From Paraspadella gotoi (Eukaryota; Animalia; Chaetognatha), in assembly GCA_051294375.1 (NCBI GenBank), contig JBJCIZ010000984.1, positions 1-6,788 on the forward strand: 6,788 nt of DNA. The letters run 5' to 3'. The translations under genes were made by a program, and so were the position numbers. The notes under the pieces were generated by a model. It made no database searches, was not told the origin of the DNA, and saw only the letters and a list, made by a program, of their open reading frames with translations. Below are positions 1 to 6,743 of the stretch, in pieces (position 1 is the first letter of the stretch; every line of letters begins with the position of its first letter).

Positions 1-743
1 ATGAAGGTCACTCTCGCTTATTCAGAACATGTATAATAGTAGTGTGATTAATATCCTTTGTTACCGCCTGGTCATGAACTAGACACGGACCGTGCCTGTG
101 GGATCGACGACCACGTGTATGATATCCGGCTGCTGCCTCCGTCCGTTTCTCCGCGAAGAAAAAAGATCCCGATTAAGAACAGGACTTAATCACGATTACA
201 TTTTTTATTGTTAGAAAGAAACGTTCGCGCGAGCAGAGACATCCAGTGCCTTCTCGAAAACCCGCGGGACCCTTTTAAACGTGCTTTTATCTTAGCGTTG
301 GTATTTTTTTACCATTTATTTTTTTAAATTCGTCCTTAAACGTCATTTAAAGTCACGTTTTAACTTTTAATCTCGGAAATTAAACTCGTTTAATTTCACT
401 CGCCATTAATTTTGTTGGTGAATAACTTATCAAACCGCTTCTAAATCTTAACGTCCTCGATAGATTAAAGTCAGCCAATGAAAAAGAAAAACGAATCGAG
501 GGGCACAAACATCCTTATAAAATAAATAAAAATCTTAATAATAAACTTTTTGAATTTTTATAAAGATTCAAAAGAATTGATTAAAAATAATTAAAAAATT
601 GTTAATAAAAATATTCTTAACTTTTTTTGATTTTCTGTTAGTAGAACTATTTTATGCTTTTTGCTAATTTCTTTCCCGACCTTAACATAAAAAATATCAT
701 ATAAACATAACATATTCATATTAAAAGTTTTCTTATTTTTCTC

Positions 744-912
744 TTGTTCATCTTTGTTCATCTTTTTGTTCATCTTTTGTTCATCTTTGTTTATCTTCTT
801 GTTTATCTTTTGTTCATTCTTTCGTTTCATCCTTTCGTTATCTCTTGATCATCTTTTGTTCATTCATTGGTTTCATTCTTTCGTTCGTCTTTCGTTCGTC
901 TTCTCGTTCGTC
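744..912. repeat. Degenerate 10-12 bp minisatellite (TTTGTTCATCT)n drifting to (TTCGTTCGTCT)n
   Basis: Tandem TTGTTCATCT / TTGTTTATCT units at 744-865, then three TCGTTCGTCT units at 881-912. Confidence 0.85.
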
Positions 913-944
913 TCTCCTTCGCCCCTTTTTTTGGCTCCAAATTG

Positions 945-1002
945 TTTTCGGTCGAATTGATTTCGTTTGTCTTTTCTATCGAAATACAAATTCGACGCGA
1001 AA
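945..1002. repeat. Imperfect inverted repeat (about 21/23-nt arms, 14-nt spacer)
   Basis: Left arm TTTCG-GTCGAATT-G-ATTTCG (946-965) vs reverse complement of right arm TTTCGCGTCGAATTTGTATTTCG (980-1002); identical apart from three single-base indels. Confidence 0.75.
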
Positions 1003-1445
1003 GACCAAAGAAACAAAAAACGACGAAACCAAGAGAATAAGAAAATGATAAAGGAACGGGAAGAAAAGAGAAAAGTAAGAGAGGAATAGAAAAAGAAAAG
1101 AAAAGAAAAGATGAGAAAGGAAAAGAAGAAGAATGAGAAAAGAAAGAATGAGAAAAGAAATACAGAAACGAGAGAAAAAGAAAAGATAAGAAGAAAAAAG
1201 CAAGAATAAGAAAGAAATAAGATAAAGAGGAAAAAGGAAAGACAAAAGAAGAATAAGAAATGAAAAGAAACGGAAAAGAATAAAAAAGGAAAAGAAAAGG
1301 TAAGAATAAGAACGAAAAAAACAGAGAAGAATAAGAAAAGAAAAGAAAGAATAAAAAAGAAAAAGAAAGGAAAGAAGAGAGAGAAGAAAAAGAAAATATT
1401 AAAGAAAAAAACTTAGACAAAAATAAAAAGAAGAAAGAAAAAAGG
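1003..1445. repeat. Purine-rich low-complexity tract (AAAG / AAAAG / AAGAAT-type units)
   Basis: About 440 nt almost entirely A/G on the + strand, with recurrent GAAAA and GAATAAGAA. Confidence 0.9.
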
Positions 1446-1489
1446 TTTCACGTTTCCTTGGCCTTCCCGTTCTTATCGAACTTAATGGG

Positions 1490-1525
1490 TCTCTCTCGCT
1501 CCTCTCTCCGCTCTCTCTCCCTCCG
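1490..1525. repeat. Interrupted (CT)n tract
   Basis: TCTCTCTCGCTCCTCTCTCCGCTCTCTCTCCCTCC. Confidence 0.75.
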
Positions 1526-1602
1526 CGTACCCGAAAAGAGGGAAGCTTACGCGCGGGCGACCATAACTAAACCTTACAACGCAGCTAACAAGTTTTAAGA
1601 AA

Positions 1603-1610
<8 letters not shown>

Positions 1611-1640
<30 letters not shown>
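1611..1640. repeat. (AG)15 microsatellite
   Basis: Perfect AG dinucleotide run, preceded by (AGAT)2 and followed by TGTGT. Confidence 0.97.
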
Positions 1641-1642
<2 letters not shown>

Positions 1643-1964
1643 TGTAGTCTAAAACAAATCTTTCTCTTCTTTCTTTTCCTTTTGCCGATAAAGATTCGAA
1701 ACAGATGCAACAGACCAGATAAAAAAAAATCGGGCCTTATTTTCCCCAGAAGGCCCCAGTTCTTCTTCTATTCTTGGAATCAAGTTATTTATTAGATGTA
1801 AAAGATAATGTAGAGTTCCCCTTAAATCTGAATGTAACTTTTAGTCGTCGCAGTACTCACTGCTAGCAACTCGATAAGTCACATCTTCATCGTCGGGTCG
1901 CTCGGTCCAGTCATATCGTCGTATGTCTGTCCCGTCGCGTCTGTTCCACTTCATTAAAAATGCA

Positions 1965-2027
1965 TATTGTATTTTTTGTATTGGTTTACTCATTACAGCG
2001 CGAGGACCGAATGGCGGCCAAGTCGGT
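1965..2027 (-). other. Putative LINE 3' terminus: stem-loop plus degenerate (AATAC)n-like tail
   Basis: Element-sense ACCGA-CT-TGG-CCG-CCA-T-TCGGT (2006-2027), followed after about 20 nt by CCAATACAAAAAATACAATA (1965-1984). Confidence 0.55.
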
Positions 2028-2199
2028 TTACAAAAACACAAAGCCAGATACAGAGATACAAGCAGTCAATTACAATAAGGTATTGACATCAGACAAATAG
2101 ATTTCCAGGTAACTCAGTAAATTTAAGCAATATGAATTACATTTTTCTCTAATAGAAAAAAGGCCAATTCTACAAAAAACAAAAAAAACTACAGTTTCA

Positions 2200-3345
2200 T
2201 ATATTAAACGGAACGCATTGCCTTAAAAAGGCAACTCGGATAATGTGAATTTCCCAAATATGGGATCATTATTAAATATCTTGAATATACTCCCGGAAAG
2301 TGAGCGGAGACGAGTTCATTAAATCTAAACATTGGGAATGTGCTCGTGCTTTAATATTCTAAATCGTAAAGTCTTGCTAAGCCTAATGAATCTAAAACTA
2401 TTTTATTCAGACATCTTTCGCTTGGATCGTTTGTATATACATTTTAAAAATTTATTTTCTATTGATTCAAGTTTAACACCACTTTACCGTTTAGCACAAA
2501 GAACAGAAACCATGACATTTACTAATATTATGATATCGCAAAGACTTGATACAATTCCAACATTAAGTTATATTATCTAAAATGATTATATTTAAATTTC
2601 AACTTTCAACACGCCACAATGTCTGATTCCGCATTCTTTGTCGTATAGTTTCTAAAATGTTACTCCGTTTCATTTTATCATCAATAAGTTACGCCCAAAA
2701 AAAACCGCTCTCCCTATTGTTTTAACTTCCCACCCCAAATAATTCTAAATTTACGGGATCCTATCTAAGTTACGCCCTCGCTCCTTGAGAAAATTATTAA
2801 CTAACACTTCTCACGGGCCCAGTCCTTAAGTCATCCACTTACTACACCACCTTCTGAATCGCATCTAATGTCCTTTTCATTTCAAATTGACACAAACTCC
2901 AGCGAGAACTCTGTTACCCCCAATTAGCTGTTATCGTCGGCAAATTGGCTGTATCCCGAACAATCTTAGGGACTCCTTTCAGTCTAATACTAAGACATAT
3001 ATATGAAAAACTGTCTGCGAAAGAACATACCACCCTGTGGTACATCCACATTCCATCATTCATCCTTCTTTGATGTTGCCGTACCGATCTCAACTGTACA
3101 TATCGATCAATGACACAAATAATTTTTCTCAGGAAAAAACCCATATTTATCATTTGACTATAATCCACTTAAACCAAACTCTATTAAATGCATCCTCATA
3201 CATCATGAAATATATTGCAACAGTAAATTTTCGTTATTTTCAAATCCACGCTTGACGTCTCTGATAACCTGTAATTTAAGTGTTCTTGAGTACAAACCCT
3301 TACAAAATCCCGCTTGATATAGGGATTAACAATTTTTCTGACCAT
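2200..3345 (-). pseudogene. Frameshifted remainder of ORF2 (RT core and C-terminal region)
   Basis: Manual translation gives motifs in correct order but shifting frames: QAGF 3305-3316, AFNRVW 3174-3191, VPQG 3032-3043, catalytic FADD 2933-2944, WCSKW 2835-2849, FLGV 2690-2701, LESIENKFLKCI 2436-2471. At least six frame changes plus stops. Left boundary approximate. Confidence 0.88.
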
Positions 3346-3632
3346 TCATGAAACTTTTACAGAGAGAAATCTTATAAGTCGCTCGTAAACTTTTCCTACA
3401 CAACTAAGCAGGCTTATTGGACGAAATCCCTTAATTGAATCGGCAGGTTTCCCCTTTTTCGGGATCATATTAATTATTGCATTTCTCCATCTCTCAGGAA
3501 AGTAAGAACTCTCATAGGAAGCTTTCATAAGATCATATAATCTTTTCAAAAAAATTAGGTTTAATCTTTTTAAAGTAGAATTGCTTATACCATCTTCCCC
3601 AGCCGCCGATTTCTCCTTCAATGAACGAATAA
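3346..3632 (-). CDS. ORF2 reverse transcriptase, N-terminal part (domains 0-2), fragment
   Basis: KSAAGEDGI...YFPERWRNAIINMIPKKGKP...FRPISLLSCVGKVYERLI, the canonical non-LTR RT signature. Enters from the gap; frame lost after about 3365. Confidence 0.93.
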
Positions 3633-4229
3633 NNNNNNNNNNNNNNNNNNNNNNNNNNNNNNNNNNNNNNNNNNNNNNNNNNNNNNNNNNNNNNNNNNNN
3701 NNNNNNNNNNNNNNNNNNNNNNNNNNNNNNNNNNNNNNNNNNNNNNNNNNNNNNNNNNNNNNNNNNNNNNNNNNNNNNNNNNNNNNNNNNNNNNNNNNNN
3801 NNNNNNNNNNNNNNNNNNNNNNNNNNNNNNNNNNNNNNNNNNNNNNNNNNNNNNNNNNNNNNNNNNNNNNNNNNNNNNNNNNNNNNNNNNNNNNNNNNNN
3901 NNNNNNNNNNNNNNNNNNNNNNNNNNNNNNNNNNNNNNNNNNNNNNNNNNNNNNNNNNNNNNNNNNNNNNNNNNNNNNNNNNNNNNNNNNNNNNNNNNNN
4001 NNNNNNNNNNNNNNNNNNNNNNNNNNNNNNNNNNNNNNNNNNNNNNNNNNNNNNNNNNNNNNNNNNNNNNNNNNNNNNNNNNNNNNNNNNNNNNNNNNNN
4101 NNNNNNNNNNNNNNNNNNNNNNNNNNNNNNNNNNNNNNNNNNNNNNNNNNNNNNNNNNNNNNNNNNNNNNNNNNNNNNNNNNNNNNNNNNNNNNNNNNNN
4201 NNNNNNNNNNNNNNNNNNNNNNNNNNNNN
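3633..4229. other. Assembly gap (597 N)
   Basis: Run of N. Confidence 1.
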
Positions 4230-4315
4230 TTATTTATAATAATTTTGTATTTCTTAAAAATGTTTGGATCTAATTCATTACTTCTAATATCATTAATGGC
4301 GACTAACGGAGGGAT
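4230..4315 (-). CDS. Fragment of ORF2 N-terminal APE-type endonuclease
   Basis: The island between the gaps is open for 28 codons on the minus strand: IPPLVAINDIRSNELDPNIFKKYKIIIN. This resembles the early APE motif (PD-hhh-h-x-E-T followed by a spaced F/I-x-x-Y) at the expected position. Short match, not in the ORF track. Confidence 0.55.
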
Positions 4316-4760
4316 NNNNNNNNNNNNNNNNNNNNNNNNNNNNNNNNNNNNNNNNNNNNNNNNNNNNNNNNNNNNNNNNNNNNNNNNNNNNNNNNNNNNN
4401 NNNNNNNNNNNNNNNNNNNNNNNNNNNNNNNNNNNNNNNNNNNNNNNNNNNNNNNNNNNNNNNNNNNNNNNNNNNNNNNNNNNNNNNNNNNNNNNNNNNN
4501 NNNNNNNNNNNNNNNNNNNNNNNNNNNNNNNNNNNNNNNNNNNNNNNNNNNNNNNNNNNNNNNNNNNNNNNNNNNNNNNNNNNNNNNNNNNNNNNNNNNN
4601 NNNNNNNNNNNNNNNNNNNNNNNNNNNNNNNNNNNNNNNNNNNNNNNNNNNNNNNNNNNNNNNNNNNNNNNNNNNNNNNNNNNNNNNNNNNNNNNNNNNN
4701 NNNNNNNNNNNNNNNNNNNNNNNNNNNNNNNNNNNNNNNNNNNNNNNNNNNNNNNNNNNN
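4316..4760. other. Assembly gap (445 N)
   Basis: Run of N. Confidence 1.
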
Positions 4761-5238
4761 GGGATTGGAGAAGCAGTACAGGCGTTGACGTAAGATTCGA
4801 ATGAAGGGTATTCGAGATTGGACGATCTTCGAATGTTTTCGTCCTCTGTCTTTTTCTTTGAGTGTTCAGCGTCTCCTCCGTAGACTGGTCATTAACGGAT
4901 AAAAAAGTTGAGTTACCCTCACTCCCTGAGTTATCCAATTCTATAATTCTTACATGAGGGTCCGTGTTTGTTTCTGTTACTTCTGAGGAAGTCACCCTCA
5001 ACTTCGTCGGTTCCCTCCTCGTATTCTGAGTGGCCGTAGTCGATTGCGGGAAGCCTGGGAAGATATTTTCAGTCGCAATATTATTCTCCCCATTTCGACT
5101 TACAATCGAGGTTAATAACTCCCTAATTTTCGAATTAGTAAATAGTTCCCACCTGTTCAAATCCATATTTTCGTTCTTTCTTCGACAGTCGCAGTCACAG
5201 CTTAGGATACCAGCGACCATATCCCGTTTAGACGAATA
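4761..5238 (-). CDS. Probable C-terminal continuation of ORF1 (S/T/N/E-rich, short CxCxC, basic RKRQR); runs into gap
   Basis: Open frame of more than 150 codons (MVAGILSCDCDC...PVLLLQS) in the same reading frame as ORF1, located between ORF1 and the APE-like fragment. Separated from ORF1 by about 180 nt containing several stops. Assignment is by position and frame only. Confidence 0.55.
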
Positions 5239-5418
5239 GATATACGTATACGACAGCTATTAATTCGAGACAGAATTCACTTCTTACAACTAATTCTCTC
5301 TAGGCATAACATGCGTCACACTTGGGACATATCCACGATCATCTGTGCAGACGCCATCTAGTCTGAATACGTGACCGCGCTGAGGTCTCCAGTGCAGCTA
5401 TGGGCTAAGGCTTCGGTT

Positions 5419-6510
5419 TTAGACACCTGAATATCTTCTCTTGTGGACTCTTGGATGTCCATTTGTAGATTGATTTTCCTGTGGGGCGTTACGTAATCTT
5501 TTATACAAAGTACAACCTCTGTAAGAAGCTGGATGACCTTCCCCGCAATTTGCACACTTTATTCCCTCTCTCCCGACTGAGCATGTTGAATGGTGGTGAT
5601 TATCCCCACACTTAACACAGACGTTAGAGTTAGATGTACACTCAGGAGACCGGTGCCCAAATTGTTGACATTTATAGCATTGAACAATTGTGTTTGAGAC
5701 AAAATCTAGGACCTTATGTACTTTATAGAAAGCATGAAAATGTCCCACCGAGAGTATTTTAATTTTTTCCTCTCTAGAGGTTAAGCTTACTTTTATATTC
5801 CAGCTTGGTTCCTTAGCGTTGGCGGCTTGCAGTCTTTGAACTTCGGATGGGTAGTATCCCCGACTCTTCAGTGCATCCGAAATCTGTTCCTCAGTTATGG
5901 ACGGGTGCATTCCTTTAATGAGAATATCTTGTCTGATCGTTTTCTCCACCGGGAGCTTCGGCTTTAAATTGAGCTCATTCTGACGCCATGAAGATCGCTG
6001 CATCAGAGAATTAAATGAGCAAGCATCGTTAGCGATCAAAATGATTTCTCCTTTCTTAGTAATTTTTATCTCGTCTATGACTGCATTACTCAGTTTATTG
6101 TTCTCGACTAATTGAATCACCTCCATTCTTGATGAACGAATATTCGACGCAATTGTCCCGTCGAGATGTATTGCTCTGCTTGTTTCAGACGAAGTCGAGG
6201 AACTTTCCTTATTAGGGACGTTAGAGTTAACTTGGTGATGTTCTATCTCCGGGTTCGGCATCGCAGTCTCTTTCGAAGACGACGTCTCAGCTGCATCGTG
6301 ATCGAACGGTTTATACGTAGTTTGGGCCGTCGTGGCATCTGTCATGTTGATTTCTGTAATCTCAATACCGTCTTTTCTCGCCATGTTCGAGATATTCTCT
6401 CGATCTTGACTTGGTAACTTTCCAATCTCGGAGAGAAGTTTACGATAAAGTTTATGAGCATCCGCAGTAAAACCTTTTGGTGGACACGTATTATCTTCTT
6501 TAGACGCCAT
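5419..6510 (-). CDS. LINE ORF1, gag-like nucleic-acid-binding protein (RRM/PRE_C2HC-like region plus three zinc knuckles), 363 aa from first ATG
   Basis: Uninterrupted frame. Knuckles at 5512-5679: CYKCQQFGHRSPEC (CX2CX4HX4C), CVKCGDNHHHSTC (CX2CX3HX4C), CANCGEGHPASYRGC (CX2CX3HX6C), the spacing typical of Jockey/I/R1 ORF1. They are preceded by ILIKGMHPSITEEQISDALKSRGY. First ATG at 6510 is in strong context (AAAATGG); the ORF track's 6612 start is a TTG. Confidence 0.92.
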   Translation of the reverse strand: MASKEDNTCPPKGFTADAHKLYRKLLSEIGKLPSQDRENISNMARKDGIEITEINMTDATTAQTTYKPFDHDAAETSSSKETAMPNPEIEHHQVNSNVPNKESSSTSSETSRAIHLDGTIASNIRSSRMEVIQLVENNKLSNAVIDEIKITKKGEIILIANDACSFNSLMQRSSWRQNELNLKPKLPVEKTIRQDILIKGMHPSITEEQISDALKSRGYYPSEVQRLQAANAKEPSWNIKVSLTSREEKIKILSVGHFHAFYKVHKVLDFVSNTIVQCYKCQQFGHRSPECTSNSNVCVKCGDNHHHSTCSVGREGIKCANCGEGHPASYRGCTLYKRLRNAPQENQSTNGHPRVHKRRYSGV

Positions 6511-6743
6511 TTTCCTACTCACGGTTCCGTGTACTACTATGCCCAGGCCTCTCGGCCCGGGCCTGGGAGAATATCTCTCCGCCTCGGAGTAGTTCTTCTC
6601 CAAACTTGACAAAGTTATAAACTGCTAGATTCGAGTTGTTTGAAATCCGTTAGTTATGAAGTTAGAGACACTTTCCACCCCCGGGGGCACACCCGGGGGA
6701 TAGAGACTAATAAAATCAACCACGTATCGAAGAAAGTTCGATA
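6511..6743 (-). promoter_or_regulatory. Putative 5' UTR / internal promoter region with several GC-rich hairpins
   Basis: Directly upstream of the ORF1 ATG. Inverted repeats at 6520-6531, 6542-6567, 6678-6699 and 6725-6743; Inr-like TTAGTC at 6705-6710. Jockey/I elements are known to use internal Pol II promoters; function here is inferred. Confidence 0.5.

Larger units (their letters stand above)
1965..6710 (-). mobile_element. Non-LTR retrotransposon (LINE), Jockey/I-like group; near full length, gapped; boundaries approximate
   Basis: Collinear minus-strand order: 5' UTR, gag-like ORF1 with 3 CCHC knuckles, APE-like fragment, non-LTR RT motifs, 3' UTR, short-repeat tail. No LTRs seen. The 5' end is tentatively placed at an Inr-like TTAGTC (6705-6710) and could lie further right. 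The gaps mean more than one copy could have been joined. Confidence 0.92.

Noticed and set aside
650-700. FYVKVGKEISKK (minus strand), resembling the CR1/L2 pre-RT 'FxxVG' motif
   Set aside because: No downstream GxDGI or RPIS motif found in 300-650; probably chance in AT-rich DNA.
744-912. CRISPR array
   Set aside because: Contiguous short units without unique spacers; eukaryotic context.
591-1420. ORF-track ORFs 591-830, 754-960, 845-1048, 860-1420, 976-1245 (F/S/L- or K/N-rich)
   Set aside because: Translations of the minisatellite and purine tract; stop-poor because of composition, not real proteins.
1995-2030. TCCTCGC (minus strand), identical to the HDV L3 loop
   Set aside because: Flanking triplets CGG/GCT cannot form P3, and the location is the 3' end of the element.
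2332-3255. ORFs 2332-2580 (+), 3037-3255 (+), 2914-3168 (-) as independent genes
   Set aside because: Antisense shadows or partly off-frame pieces of the degenerate RT.
3581-4793. Long ORFs 3581-4273 (+), 4245-4793 (+) and the X-filled part of 4303-5220 (-)
   Set aside because: Length is an artefact of reading through N runs.
5030-6417. ORFs 5030-5239 (+), 6166-6417 (+), 5358-5555 (-)
   Set aside because: Short antisense or alternate-frame overlaps of ORF1 with no motifs.
5419-6510. Retroviral/LTR gag interpretation
   Set aside because: Knuckle spacing and RT motifs (RPISLL, VPQG, FADD, FLGV) are non-LTR type; no LTR, protease or integrase seen.
6511-6612. 34-aa N-terminal extension of ORF1, with RPGP as a possible 2A peptide
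   Set aside because: Starts at TTG in a eukaryotic context; lacks the DxExNPGP consensus; better explained as structured UTR.
6520-6710. HDV-like or hammerhead ribozyme in the 5' UTR (CCUGGGCAU resembles the HDV P1/P4 junction)
   Set aside because: Could not build P3/L3 or the nested double pseudoknot; no CUGANGA...GAAA core.
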